Source: Marsupella aquatica (Eukaryota > Plantae > Marchantiophyta). Taken from it: a DNA stretch of 64,000 nucleotides. The notes beneath the pieces are model-generated. The model did not search any database, was not told the DNA's origin, and saw only the letters and a list, made by a program, of their open reading frames with translations. Of the stretch, positions 1 through 13,856 are shown in pieces (position 1 is the stretch's first letter; every line of letters begins with the position of its first letter). A program made the translations under genes and the position numbers. The stretch lies in assembly GCA_973895155.1 (NCBI GenBank), contig OZ316894.1, forward strand, positions 16,848,216 through 16,912,215, read 5' to 3'.

Positions 1-1389
1 TGGGGGCAGGGGTATTCTCGGGCCCATGCACTCCCTGCGGAGCAATCCGCGCCCCACTCTCCGGTACCAATTCTCACAAATGAAACCGGCTGTTCACAAA
101 CGATGTTGCTGTGAAGCTCCAAAAACCTGCCCACAAACAAAGCTCACAAGAAGTCTCCAAGCTTTGACTAGATCGATATCTGGGAAGGCTGTGAACTATG
201 GATCGGATCATAGCTCGGAGCATTGGGGCATTGCGAGCGGAGAATTAGGAATCTTGATGCTTGACATTTGCAATGGGAATACACCACAGGCAGGCAGCAG
301 ACGAGTGGGCCGGCATTAGAATTTGAGTGTTTGACAGATTCAAAGAGCTATGGAATGGGAGTTGAGCTAAAAGACTTGTGTGACTCGCGCTGTTCTCCTC
401 ATTGTACGCACCTCATTATCTGTGACTCCGTTCGAATGAAATTGTCCATTCTGCCCTTGTGAGTCCTGACTTGTGGAAGCTTTGACCTGAGTGAGTGACT
501 GAGTGACTGAGTTGTGAAGCTTCGAGTGTGTGAGAGAGCGCCAGGACAAGGCTCTGGGATTTCAGGAACGGGTCATGTGAATCGTCCACTTCAGGTAGTA
601 ATCTGCTAGAGATGTCCAAAGGCGGCCCACTTTGTCCGTGACCTCCGAATTCCACCTCAAATGATCGCACTACCATTAGGTAAGCACAAGGAGGAGCGAC
701 AATACTTCCTTTTGAAGCACAGACTACTATAGGATTCAATCCGTGTATCTTACTGCACGAAGATACTTCACAGATCCATGTCACATCTCTTCATCACACG
801 AGGGCTCGCTTGGGTCCAGATTGACAGGAAACAAGATTTTTGGCAGCAACGCTTGCAATTTTGAACTGCTCAAATCGAAGTATTCAGAGCAGGAGATTGG
901 AAATCTATTTCTTCTGCACCCAAAGCAGAGGCAACATGGGACTCCAGCCACTGAAAAATCAAGTCGTTTGCCACACTCGTGATCGAGTGCATGGCATATG
1001 CCATCAGTAGTTCCTGCGACACATAATCTATAAGGCAAAGATGCCCAGTCGCCGCACAGTAGGGCAACGCATTTGCCTTCAACAACACGGATTCTAAGTC
1101 GCACTCGAATGATCACACTCGCTCAAATAAAATGGATCGTTTCTTGACGGGGGCCTCGCGCCAAGCTTGCAGATAGCGCCACCATAGCTTCAGGCTGAAC
1201 GGATTTCTCAGAGCATCACTTTCTCAGTTTGCTCCTGTTGTCGAGTGTTCAAAGATTAGAGTAGCTGCATCAGAGAAAGGAAGTTCTCTTACCAGATGTG
1301 GCCATAGCTTTGAGAATTGAGAACTTTCATCATGGAAGGAGATCCCATGGACATAGATTTCAATGTAACTCCTTCATCTCAAGAGCCAA

Positions 1390-2752
1390 ATGTTCACTCA
1401 GTTAATAGTTGATGTCCATAGGGTTCGTCAATTTCCTCACAGAGACATTAACATAAATTTGCTAGTGAGGGTAGTAGCTTCTTTGATGGCAGCGCTTGCC
1501 TCTGTCACACAGTCATTGTTGCCTATGACTGATGCCACAAATCTAGTGCTCCATCTCTCAAATCTAAGTAGAGCTCATGTGGGTAGAGATGCACTTGTTT
1601 GTCACCTGATTCCAACATTTTTGCACCTTGTTGGAATTGCTTATGTGCGTCCAAGGGAAATTATCGATCAGTGGTACATAAAACCACGAACCAGGCATCG
1701 TTTGATGCTTTGGATGGACGACACACCACTTGAGGACCCACAGTGCTTCAGAGAATTTTTTCAAATTGGTCCTGAGCTCTTTTTTTATGTATGCGAGCTA
1801 GTTCATGATGACATGCTTACAGATCCTCCAGAGTCTCTATGGATATTGCCAAACCGCAAGCTTATTGTGATCAGGCAAGTGGCTCTTGCCTTGAGACGGT
1901 TGGCAGTGGGAGATACCTTCCTAACTCTAGGAGAACTATTTGGTGTTTCGAAAAGCACAGCAATTAAGGTCACATGGAAGTTCATCTGTGCACTTCGAAT
2001 CAGGGCAGGACATGTAATTTGTTGGCCAGATACTGTAGGGCTTGCTGAGGTTAAATCTGCATTTGAAGATAGGTGGGGATTTCCAAATTGCTGCGGAGCC
2101 ATCGATGGAACTCACTTTCCAATCGAGTTACCTGCTGGGGAAGATTCCACTCAGTACTACGATTGGAAACACAAGCTTTCTGTGACCATGCAGGCCATTT
2201 GCGACCATAGGCTGAAATTCTTGGATGTTTTTTGTGGCTTACCAGGTAGCATTCAGGATACTCGGTTGATGAGACTCTCTCGATTCTACACTCAGGTTAC
2301 ACAGCATCAGAGTCGTCTGAATGGTCCTTCAGTTCATTGTTTCAATGGTACAGAGGTCCAAGACTATATTAGAGGAGATGCAGGATATCCTCTTTTGCCA
2401 TGGCTCATAGTTCCTTACCCAAAGGGCATGTCACAGCAGAGTGATGAATTCAATTACATGCATTTGAGTACCAGGATGTGTGTTGAAAGATCATTTGGAA
2501 AGCTCAAAGGCACTTGGAGAATTTTGAATAGGATCTTATGGAGACCTCAAATTAGTAGGATTGGACCTATGGTTTTTTCTTGCTGCATTCTACACAACTT
2601 GAAGATAGGCACGATGCTTTGCCCAATGCAGTGTGGCATAATGTTCCTCCACACCCACCAGGATATGCTGGAGTTTTGAGACCTAATCTAAGGATGTATC
2701 AAGGAGGGCCAGAGGCCAGAGATGCCTTATGCAATCACTTACTACACCAGTG
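1390..2752 (+). pseudogene. Harbinger/HARBI1-type DDE transposase (DDE_Tnp_4-like), slightly degenerate
   Basis: The 429-aa ORF has LAVGDTF..LGELFGVSKST (HTH), GFPNCCGAIDGTHFPI, QAICDHRLKFLDVFCGLPGSIQD, GDAGYPLLPWLIVPY, RMCVERSFGKLKGTWRIL and CCILHN. It appears frameshifted near both ends; an alternative frame ends ...ARDALCNHLLHQ* at ~2752. Confidence 0.9.
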
Positions 2753-3919
2753 ATTATGAACTTTAGTACAATTGTGAAATTTTTAATCCTTGTTATTTAC
2801 TTTGGTTTCGTGATACATCTCCTTGGTTGCAGACATTCATTTCATTGAATCTCTCATTCTAAGGCCAATCTACTACCTAATGTAAATTTTTGATAGTATC
2901 AGTCTGTAATGTAGCTGTGAGATTGGTTTTTGAATTGGTTTTTTGGCTGTCAAGAACTCATAGGTGAAGCTTTTTTAAAGTCAATTTTGCATTGCAAAAA
3001 CCTTGGATGTTGGGGCAACTTAGAAAGTGTATGTTGAGGACTCCTTTTAGTGTTAGAGGTGTGGACGTAAATGCAGGAAAGAGGTGCAGCCCCTGCACAT
3101 CGATTCAATGACCAATTTGTCTCAACTGACCAATTTTATAGTGTCTTCAAATATCAGTTTGAGATCATTTTCTTATCCACATCTGCACGACAATTCCAAA
3201 AACTTGGTTCTGAAAACTACACATGCACAATTCGCCTTCATTTATGCACTGCAGAAAACACGTAGCCCTATACTAATCCTTGCATAGAGCTCTTCTGTCC
3301 CGAATAATGTTCATAGGCCATTGTTAAAAATCAGGCAAGGCAGCCTCGAGTCTGTCTAGGGCTTCTCACTTAGTTCTCTACGACCTATCCCAAACTCCAT
3401 CTGCAAGGTACTGTATGGAGTCACCAATGAAGGCTAGAGCGTTTGCAACGTCTTTCCCTGTTTCCATGGATGATTGGATGGCATCTCTTTGCTGAAACAG
3501 TGAATCAAAATGTTTCTTTTCTTCCAGAGTGATGTGCTCATGATGCTCCTCTCTTCTTGCAACTCGATCATCAGCAATTGTTGCTACAAAAGTTTGTGTG
3601 ATCTTTTGTAACTCACTTGCTGTTCTCTCCCTTTTTGTGCGCTTCCAGCCTCTTGTGGTTTCTTGGATGACCCCACATCACCATGTCCATTCACAGAATC
3701 AGATCCTTGCCTTGGAAGCCCTCCTGAGGTTGGAGCTCCTATGTTGTTAGTGGCACTTGGAGTCTGAGTATTAGTAGAGTCATCAAGAGTGAATGGTGGC
3801 ATGGTGGTGTTCACTGTCTCATAATCCCGAGCCCCCTAAAAGTGAGCATGAGGGCTAGTGACAGTGTTTTGTTCATCATGATTTTTGGCTGTCCTGACCT
3901 CTTCCTCTAGTCTGCTATT

Positions 3920-4262
3920 TGTTAGGTATTTACTCAAGGTCTAGGGTTACGACATGTAACCATAGTTAGGCTAACCATAGTCGGAGACGTGGTTAGGTTA
4001 ACTAGGATGCACACTATATGCCAAGCGGTGTTTGCTTGGATAAGTGGAACTTAGGCTCATTGTTATGGAGCCACTTGAGAGATGAGGAGAGCTTACACTG
4101 TGGAGACTTGGTATGGCCGACGAGCGTAGAGTTCAATAAAGCTCTCTTGTGTGTTCCCTTGGATGTAGCCTCGAGGAGGTGAACCACGTATCTCTTGTGT
4201 CGACTACTTGTGCGTTGGATGTGTCATGTGCTTACCGTTGCAATTATCGTCTATGCTCAACA
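3920..4262 (+). repeat. 5' LTR of copia element
   Basis: TGTTAGG...CTCAACA, followed by the PBS. Direct repeat of 10366-10708. Confidence 0.95.
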
Positions 4263-6053
4263 ATTGGTATCAGAGCATGCCTGGGAGGTGACATTGTTCG
4301 TGACGGGATTTCGTGATGGTTTTTTCCAGCGTTGAGTGTCGGTGGATTTCCCGGAGTTCCGTCGCATGAAACTTGGAGTTTATGGGCTCAGCGGATAGAT
4401 CGGGGCAAGGGCTTTCTAACGGTGCAAAGAAATCGCTAAACAAAGATCGTGGTGCGGAGAGATCTAAGTTTTAGTCGTTCTGGATTTTGTGAAGAAAGTT
4501 GGCAACATTCGTGTTCGACGGTTTTTTCGGAGGAGGGACCAGAGTTTGTTTTCTTGACGGTGTGAGCTCTACGGCGAAGGAGTCGTCGCATGTTGTAACT
4601 CTGCTTGTAGATCGAGACGAGCTGATCATTTTGGTAGATGGTTTGTTGCCGAGTGTATAACGAGTGCGTCGCAACGAGCAAAAGAAGCATTCTGATTTTC
4701 TGACCGGCTATGGAGTCCTCTTTTGCCTGAGCGGGGTTTCTCGTCGTTGCGCTTGACTCGGAGGGAGAGACGTGAAGTACTTGGGTTGAACGGAGAGATC
4801 ATGAAGAGGTGATTGTTGAGTCCAAGATTGACAGTTTTGCCCACGGGAGGAAGGAGTTCTGAGTTTTTGTCACTGATTGACCAGAAAACGGTGTGGGTGT
4901 GCAAATTTTTTCAACCCACCGACATCGGTTTCTGATTCCTCACCATAATCCGAACGTTACAAGGTGCAAGCTCTTTTCATTTGATGTCCACAAGCATTTT
5001 TGGATTTCTTACAGGCAAATTTATTACTTGAAAAATACTCCATTTACGACTCTCTCTCTCTCTAGAGACCTCCATCACACTTTGGAGAGGACTTTCTTTA
5101 GGGCCCTTACTAGCCGCATGCAGTTTTCTTCTCCTTGCCAAAGTGTGGTTATTTCCTTTGTATTGTTGGGGGGCTTCTTCTCCTTTTTTGTTTGGCTTAA
5201 GGAGTGTGTGTGTACACAAACAATCGTGTGTGCACACATAATCGGTCCCCTCCCCCTCCCGTGTTTGCAACCTCCCGCCCTCCATCCTGCCGGATACGCA
5301 GCCGCCACCGCGGTGTCGACCCCCGCGCCGGCCGGTCCTTTTCTTCCCCGGCCACGCCCCCTTTGCAACCCCCGCTCTTTTCCCCAATTTTTTTCCTCCC
5401 GGCGATGACTGCTTCCGGCAGTTGCTTTGCGGTTGCCTGTTCCCAAGCCCTACGCGCGTACGCGGCTGCGTATGCAGCCGCTCCCCCTTTGCGTGTCATC
5501 CCGGCATACCCCCCTCATGTACCTGGCGTATTTTTCTGCAAAGGGGTTCTGAACCCCTTTAAGGGCACCTTATTAAATTTTTTCCTCCTTCCCCATTGGC
5601 TGCCGCATCCCGGGACCTGCCACCCTCCACTTTAATTGCTTGGATAGGGGGAACGGCCCCCTGTGAGCCCTGCTGCTCTGTGCAAGAATATTCCTAAAAA
5701 ACAGAGAGCGTGTTTTTGGCAGTCCGTCAAAGATTCCGTCCGCCAAAAGGTAACTTTTTTGTTCGTCTTCGGCAAGTTGCTAGCCATCAGAGTTGGCAAC
5801 GCGGTGCACAAATTGAATTGCATTTTCAACATTGGGTACTAGTTCACATTTTGGTTATTCCCCGAGGTGGTCAAAACGGGGGAGAATTCCAAGTTTTACC
5901 CATCCTGACCAAAAAGTGAATAACTTTTACGTCGGAGTTTGGTTTTGATACTGGCTTTTAACATTGAAAAGCTAGGCTCGTGGACTACATGGCGGTGATA
6001 AGTTTTGAGTTTTTGGAGAAGTTGAGAAAAACTTCATTTTCTTGCATTCTCAC

Positions 6054-9000
6054 ATGAGTGATTCGGATGAGATTTTTGAAGACATGGAGCTTGAAACACG
6101 AGGATCACCATGGCGATTTGAGATGGAGAGAGAGGAGCAGGAGGAAGCGAACGTGACACTGGTACGATCATCGGTGCAGCGAGTAGAGGGGGCTGTGAAA
6201 AAAAAGATGGCATCCAGGTTCGGAGGTGTCAAGTTTGAGGTGGAAAAGTATGATGGACGGACGGACTACTTGCTCTAGGAGAAGCAAGTGAAAGGAGTTC
6301 TTTGCGCTATGGGCCTAGATCATCTTCTCTCTACACGAGAGATGTACGATGATGAGGAGGAGATTCCACTAAAGAGGTGGAGGCATGAACAAGTAATTGC
6401 AATGAATGCGATGATGCTTTATCTGAAGCCGCATATCATCAAGAAGTTGGATGACTACGTGGATTGTGCATCTCTATTCAAAGCCCTAAGGAAGAAGTAC
6501 TATTGGGAGGATGCATCAGATTGATTGTACAAGAAGTCTCTTTTGATGAGCCTTAGGCTCAAAGAAGGGAACAAGCTCTAGGATCACTTGGATGAATTTG
6601 ACAGCCTAGCTGTTGATTTATCTAATCTTCGTAATGGCGTTGAAGAAGAGGATAAGGCCTTACTTCTTCTCAGCTCCTTACCCCCATCTTATCAGGGTTT
6701 GAAGCAGATTCTCTTGTATAGAGACCTGAAGTCTATTTCATACGATGAGGTGGTAAGCTCTTTGCTGTCAAATGATGCACAGAAGAAGTTGGATCAAGCC
6801 CAGACAGCATCGTCATTTGATGCTGCCTTGAATGTGAATTGTGGGAGGTCACAACGGCGTTCCGAGCAGCGCATAAATGGCAAAGGACAAAATAAATCTA
6901 GGACAAGATTTGCTTCAAGGGGGAAGTCCCAGGAGAGAAAGCCAGTAGTCTGTTGGAAGTGTCACAAGGTTGGTCACGTTAAGAGGGATTGTAAGGGCAA
7001 GGCAGCTAAATCTTCATCAGCCAATGTAGCTAGTGCTGATGGAGAAGTTGATTTACTCAATGATGAGTATATTTTATGAAGTTAGGAGTATGCCCTGTGC
7101 ACATCATCTAGGAGAGCAAATGATGTGTGGATTCTTGATTGTGCTTGCTCCTTTCACATTTATTACATTCGCGAGTATTTCAATTATTATTCTATGTCAA
7201 ACGATTCAGTTTTGATGGAAAATAATCACTCCTGTCGAGTTGAGGATATTGGGTCTGTAAAGATTCAAATGTTTGATGGCATTGTGCGCACAATGTCTGG
7301 AGTCAGGTTTGTACCTGGCATGCGTAAGAATTTGATTTCACTCGGTGTGTTGGATACAAATGGTCATCAATGGCGAGTAATTGATGGTGAACTTCAAGTC
7401 ATGTTGGGAGAGACAGTGACTTTGAAGGGGAGCAGACAGAAAAATTTGTATGTGTTGCAGGGCAATACAGTATGTGAAGAGGCCAATGTAACCAAGTCTC
7501 ACGAGGAAATGACTCAACTGTGGCATTCACGGCTAGGCCACATGAGTGCTCAGAAGGGTTTGGCTATCTTGTAGAAGAATGGGCTCATTTCTAATTTGCA
7601 ATCTTGTAAATTGGATTTCTATGAGCATTGCATTTTTGGAAAGCAGCATCGTCGTGCTTTCAGTGTTGGAACTCATCGTTCCAAAGCGGTTCTTGAGTAC
7701 AGACATAGTGACGTGTGAGGACCATCCCCGACTCCCTCACATTCTGGAAAATTGTACTATGTATCCTTTATTGACGTTTACTCAAGATTTGTATGGATTT
7801 ATTTCATGACGCATAAGTCTGATGTCTTGTCCATTTTTACAAAGTGGAAGGCCCAAGTGGAGAATCAGATAGGAAACACTGTTAAGTTTTTGGATACAAG
7901 GATGAAGAGTCTAAGGTCAGACAACGGCGAGGAGTACACTTCAATAGAATTTGAAGAGTACTGTGCACGGGACTATGCAGAACAGGGGATAACTCGCCAT
8001 CTCACCACAGTTTATACTCCGCAGCAGAATGGTGTCGTTGAGAGGCTCAATCGAACACTATTGGAGCGGTCATGAAGTATGTTGAGCCAATCACGTTTAC
8101 CACCGGAATTTTGGGCAGAAGCTATCAATACTGCAGATTATTTGGTAAATCTTTCTCCTTCTAGTGCAATCAATTTCAAAATGCCGTTTGAAATGCGTTA
8201 TAAGCGGCAAGCAAACTATCATGGCTTGGTAGTTATTGGAAGTGATGCAATGCTCTCACACCAAAGCAGAATAGGACCAAGTTGGATCCTACGTCCAATA
8301 AATGTATTTTTCTTGGGTATCAAAGTGGTGTGAAGGCCTACAGGCTATGGGATCCTATTGCCTGTAAGCTTGTTGTCAGTAGGGATGTTTCCTTCAATGA
8401 ACCCAGATTATTGAAGGAGGGGGAGAATACTCAGGTCTTCCGTACTGACAAAGGAAAATCTCCTATCCCAGATCTCGTTGAGGGGGAGATTGATCATGAA
8501 GTCCATGATCAAAGAGAATGAGGTGCTCCAAGCATGGAGCTGATTCCTGTGCTAGAGGGACAAGAGGAGTTTATTGATGCTGGTGAGCAGCAAGTGGATG
8601 CTGCTGAGCTTCAAATTGTACCAGTAGACGCAATTCAACCAGAGTCATCGGTTAGAAGAATATCTGGTCGTACTGTACGCGCTCCTCCTAGGTATGGACA
8701 GTGGGTTGATTCATCTCAACTGCAAGAGGACAATTTTGCAGCTGATGATGAGGGTGATGCGTTAATTTTGGAAGAAGGGGAACCTTCTTCATTTCATGAG
8801 GCAAGTGCTTCAAAGGAGAAGCAGAAGTGGACTCCAACTATTAATGCAAACGGCGATGCAGTCACTGAAGGACAACAAAACTTGGGAGCTTGTTAAGCTA
8901 CCTAAGGGTCAGCAAGTGGTGGACAGTAAGTGGATATATAAGTTGAAGGATCAGTCTACGGGAGGTGGATCGAAGGTCTACAAGGCTAGGTTGGTAGCCA

Positions 9001-10168
9001 AGAGATTCACACAGGAAAAAGGTGTGAATTACAATGAGGTCTTCTCACCAGTTGCTAAGTACTCAATAATACGGCTATTGTGTGTGCTTGTTGTAATGTT
9101 TGGTCTGCTGCTAGATCAGATGGATGTTGTCACAACTTTCCTCTATGGCACCTTGGAAGAGGTGATCTTCATGAGACAGCCACTAGGTCGTGTGAAGAGA
9201 GGACAGGAGGAACTGGTTTGCAGATTGCTGAAATCTTTGTATGGGTTGAAGCAGTCACCAAGATAGTGGAACAAGCGGTTTGACGATTGGATTCGGTCAC
9301 AGGGTTTTCACAGGAGTGTGTTTGACCCTTGTGTATATTTGAAACCGGTGAAGAATGCTATTTTTGGGTTCATTGTTTTAGTACTTTATGTGGATGACAT
9401 GCTTATTGCGGCCAAGGATAGGTCTGAAATTGTTAAGCTTAAGGCACTCCTCAGTGCAGAGTTTCCCCTTTGGCTGCACACTTCAAATTGTCATCAGCTT
9501 TTTGTCCCACGAATACGACAGAGAAGGGATTGATGTCAAGGGTTCCTTATGATAAGGCAGTGGGAAGTCTCATGTATTTGATGACTTGCACTAGACCTGA
9601 TCTTGCTATGGCTATGGGCAAGGTGAGCAGGTACATGTCGAATCCAGGGAAGGTACACTGGGAAGCAGTGAAGTGGATTATCAGGTACTTGAAGGGTACT
9701 GTGGATCATGGTCTTTTATTTGATGCAAATGCAAAGAATGCAAGATCATTGATTGGCTATGTAGATTCTGACTATGGACAAGATCTGGACCAAAGGAGAT
9801 CAACAACAGTGTACGTGTTCACATTTGGCGGTGGATGCATAAGTTGGAGGTCTACTTTGCAGAAGTGTATTGCTCAGTCTACTACAGAAGTGGAGTATGT
9901 TGCAGCAGCGGAAGCAGCGAAGGAAGCAATTTGGTTGGATAGTCAAAGTGCGCTCCACCTTGTTGTGAACCAGGTGATGGACAGTAGAGTGAAGCACGTA
10001 GACGTCAGGTACCATTTTATCAGGCAGGTTGTGTCTGATAATTTATTTGAGCTAGTCAAGATAGACAGTAAACTCAACCCAGCTGACGCATTTACCAAAG
10101 TGATTCCTTCGGAAAGTTTCTCTAGACATGGTGATGTGCTTCAGGTTTTGCAATTGCGTCACAAGTAA
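6054..10168 (+). pseudogene. Copia gag-pol polyprotein with multiple stops and frameshifts
   Basis: KFEVEKYDG (gag), CWKCHKVGHVKRDC zinc knuckle, WILDCACSFH protease, LWHSRLGH, integrase LRSDNGEEY/TPQQNGVVER, RT YKARLVAK/LYGLKQSPR/LYVDDMLI, RNase H GYVDSD/KHVDVRYHFIR. Confidence 0.95.
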
Positions 10169-10365
10169 GGGTTTTTCTTAACATTTGTTGTAATTATTGA
10201 TATATGCTCTTCTTCACTCCTAGTAATAGGCTACGGCTTAGTTCTGGTTTGCTCTAGTTAGAGAGGGGAAACCATGTTGGTTTTCGTCCAGAATTTCCCG
10301 CTGAGAAAATAATATAGGTTAGCAGTATTACCCTCCGGCCCCTAGACCAGAGTCAAGGGGGAGAT

Positions 10366-10708
10366 TGTTAGGTATTTACTCAAGGTCTAGGGTTACGACA
10401 TGTAACCGTAGTTAGGCTAAGCATAGTCGGAGACGTGGTTAGGTTAACTAGGATGCACACTATATGCCAAGCGGTGTTTGCTTGGATAAGTGGAACTTAG
10501 GCTCATTATTATGGAGCCACTTGAGAGATAAAGAGAGCTTACACTATGGAGATTTGGTATGGCCGACGGGCTTAGAGTTCAGTAAAGCTCTCTTGTGTGT
10601 TCCCATGGACGTAGCCTTGAGGAGGTGAACCACGTATCTCTTGTGTTGACTACTTGCGCGTTGGATGTGTCATGTGCTTACCATTGCGATTATCGTCTAT
10701 GCTCAACA
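10366..10708 (+). repeat. 3' LTR of copia element
   Basis: Preceded by the PPT. About 17 substitutions versus the 5' LTR by manual count. Confidence 0.95.
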
Positions 10709-12451
10709 CTGTCCACATATTGCTCAGGGTGTGGATCCACAGCTGGATTATGAGGCACAAAGGTTACCATTGCTTGGAATAGATCTTCAAGGAATTTAGG
10801 AGGAAGACCTCGATCCTTCTTTTCAGTTCGTGAGAGCTGGAAGTAGCCATTGCTGCCACTAGGAGTCTATTTCTGGTAATCGTTGACCTTTTTAAAATTA
10901 GTAAACAACTTCTCCCACCTCTTCTTGCATTGTTTCCAATCCCTGTTCACATTGTTCTCCCTACAGATGGTCTCCACTTCTTTCCACCTGGTCTCAGTTG
11001 TCCTGACCTTATCTCGGGATGAGTCAAGAGTTGCCTGGTCTTGCTAAAACTTTTTGGCAGCAATATATGAGAGCATTGACCTCCCTAATTTGCCATCTAG
11101 AAGATGGATTCTGTGTTTCTGGCATAATCCAATGATCTTGACCTTGCGCTCGCTCAAGCTTAGCTAGCTGGAGAAATGCCACCCTGCCATTTCAACCCCG
11201 CAGACAAATCAGTAAACTAATCAAAATATAATCCAACACTGTACTCTTCACTCGCAAGTTTACTAAATGATTTGCCTTCTAGATAGTTGTGACGAATTGT
11301 GCTCTCGAATGAATGTGTCCTCCGATAAGTTGTTACCGAAATGGATTTCTCCAATGTGGAACAAACGACGCTCCCTATAGCAGACTATAGCTACGGAATA
11401 ATTCAAAGCCTTGGCCTGAACGACACTTTCTTATCTTTATATAGACAGGAGAATTTCTCACAAGGAAGCGTCTGTCGCCGCCGGCAAACAATGCAATTCC
11501 CAGCAATAGCTTGTTAGAAGAGAATTAGTACATGAGCCTTGACATGAAGCTACGAGATTGACAAGCCTCAATCTAGAATAGAATTCAGACAAATTTTGTT
11601 TTCATTCTGATGGACACGATAGACAGACGAGACAATATTAATATTGAAGAACTGAAAACTTTTACATACCTTGAGAAAAGAAGAATTGCAATGTCAATCT
11701 CACGAGCAGGATGTGATTAACTTTGTAGGTTCTCCTTGTGAAATCAACTCCATAAATCAACAACATTCACACCCGCACTCACAATGAATAATTTGCAAAG
11801 AACAACTGAAGTGCTCTAAGAGGGGAACAAGAAACTGTCGGGGCGGGCTTTGTATTGTCAAACTTTGTCGCGCTCACCGACAGGCTGCAGCCGGTTCTGG
11901 CTCAAGCAACTACCTGGCCCAGTATCCAGGGGTAAAAATTGAGGAGAAATTCCTCCCTACTCTGCTAAGTTTTTGAGGGACTCCCCCTACCACTTGACAC
12001 TCTCTGATGGCCATCGAAAAAGACAAGAAATGTACGGAAGCAACCATACTCCTCCAATGTACAAGCCCCTACTTCATGGAACCTAGCTCTAACTCAGTAG
12101 TTAAAGTTAGGGACATAAAAGGTTCCCGACTCCCAAATTTCATGATACTCAAAGCTTAAAATTTGATGGACCTTAGCCTAGAGCATCCCCATTGGCCTCG
12201 GTATCCCAAGACACTGTATATCGCCTTTTGGTGAGAAAAGTTGTGTGCAGGGCATGATTGGTGCGCGGCGACCGGTAGGGTACCCCACCCGCGGTAATAT
12301 ACTACGCCAACCAAATAGACTGTGGTGGCATAGTATCGACCAAATTCTACTCGCTGCAGTTTTTCCTAAATTGAGACGCGCGAAAGTCTTTGAATTCAAA
12401 CACAAGAATACAACACACACCATGGAAACTTATCGAGTTTGTCTGAAAGAA

Positions 12452-13856
12452 AATGGGAGCTAGTGAAACAAACCATGAACTATCAATAGATGTGGCTGAA
12501 ATTGTTGTTGCGCAGCCAAGGCCAAAGTTATGGCTTCTGATTGACTCCAACAATGGAGAGCCAAATTGAAGAGGCAGATCGAGAACACATGCAAAATGGA
12601 ATGAGGAGGAGCAGGCATGGTTGGAGAGTGTTGTGATGTCGGGGCCCTTCAATAATAATGAACAGGGGACCAAGAAACAAGGTGGATCAAGGAAAGGGAA
12701 GCACAGGAACTTTGATCGGGACACAGCACAAGGGCATGAGCAAATTTGGAAGGACTACTTTGCTGAATCTCCAGTGTTCACAAACAGACATTTCAGGAGA
12801 AGGTATAGAATGAGAAGACCTCTATTTTGGCAAATTCATGATGTTATTAAAGAGGAAGATCCCTACTTCATCCAGAAACGAGATGCTGCAGGAATTCTTG
12901 GGTTGTCATTGATCCAAAAATTGACTGTTGCTTTGAGAATGCTTTCATTGGGTGTTTCTATTGATGCCCTTGATAAATGTGAGAATTGGGGCGAGCACCA
13001 CCATGAAGTGCTTCAAGAGATTTTGTTATGCTCTTAGAGACCACTTTGAGGAGGAGTACCTTAGACAGCCCACGAAGGAGGACATGAACAAATAATTATA
13101 AATCAACCAACAATGTGGTTTCCCTGGTATGTTTGCATCTTTGGACTGTATGCACTATGAGTGGAAGAACTGCCCAGTGGTTTGACAGGGTCTGTTTACC
13201 AACAAGGACGAGGAGAAATCAATTGTTCTAGAAGCCATAGCAGATCAATCCCTCTAGACTTGGCATGCCTACTTTGGCTTACCTGGTGCACATAATGACC
13301 TAAATGTCCTGGATCGTTCACCTTTGGTAAACAATTTTTTGAAGAGTGAAGCTGATGAGGTTGGGTTTACTGTCAATGACCGACACTATGGCCGCTACTA
13401 TTTGCTTGTTGATGGCATCTATCCAGATTGGTCTATCTTTATTAAAACTATTCAATTGCCACAAGGCAATGCTAGAAAGTGGTTTGCTAAATGCCAAGAA
13501 GGGGCCCAAAAGGATGTTGAGAGGGATTTTGGAGTGCTGCATCAGCGATTTGCAATTGTCAAAAACCCAGTTCAAATGCACTATCAACATGAAATCAAGG
13601 ACATTCTTCTAGCCTGTGTCATTCTACATAATATGATAGTGGAGGACGAGAGAGGTGAGCGATTGCCTGCTGATTGGGACTTCTTGGATAGAGCTAGAGC
13701 TCAAGCAGGAAGAGATCTTGGCAAGCACGAGTGGTCTGAATACTTGGCTGCTACACGAGGTATTGAGGATGCTGAAACTCTTTGAGAAATGACCTTGTAG
13801 CACACCTTTGGGCTCTCAAAGGACAAGGTCACTGTTTTGACTATGTGGGAAATTAG
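12452..13856 (+). pseudogene. Pong-like plant transposase (Plant_tran family)
   Basis: DYFAESPVF...FRRRYRMRRPLF, GFPGMFASLDCMHYEWKNCP, NDLNVLDRSP, YLLVDGIYPDW, KDVERDFGVL, ACVILHNMIVEDE and terminal DLVAHLW. Several stops and frameshifts; the start is approximate. Confidence 0.9.

Larger units (their letters stand above)
3920..10708 (+). mobile_element. Full-length degenerate Ty1/copia LTR retrotransposon
   Basis: Two 343-bp TG...CA LTRs, Met-i PBS TGGTATCAGAGC at 4265-4276, PPT AAGGGGGAGAT at 10355-10365, domain order gag-PR-IN-RT-RH, degenerate 5-bp TSD CTATT/CTGTC. Confidence 0.97.
3370..11125 (-). pseudogene. Harbinger accessory Myb/SANT (trihelix-like) gene, interrupted by the copia element
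   Basis: Manual translation of ~11125-10709 gives ETRWKEVETICRENNVNRDWKQCKKRWEKLFTNFKKVNDYQ (trihelix/Myb_DNA-bind_4 pattern). After removing the copia it continues in frame into ORF 3584-3814. It is convergent with the transposase. The 3' end is approximate. Confidence 0.8.

Noticed and set aside
4893-5635. Several 100-170 aa ORFs in the copia leader
   Set aside because: They overlap on both strands in GC-rich sequence and show no recognisable domain.
1-12000. TIRs for the first Harbinger element
   Set aside because: No convincing inverted pair was found between the window start and ~11900. The left end may lie outside the window.
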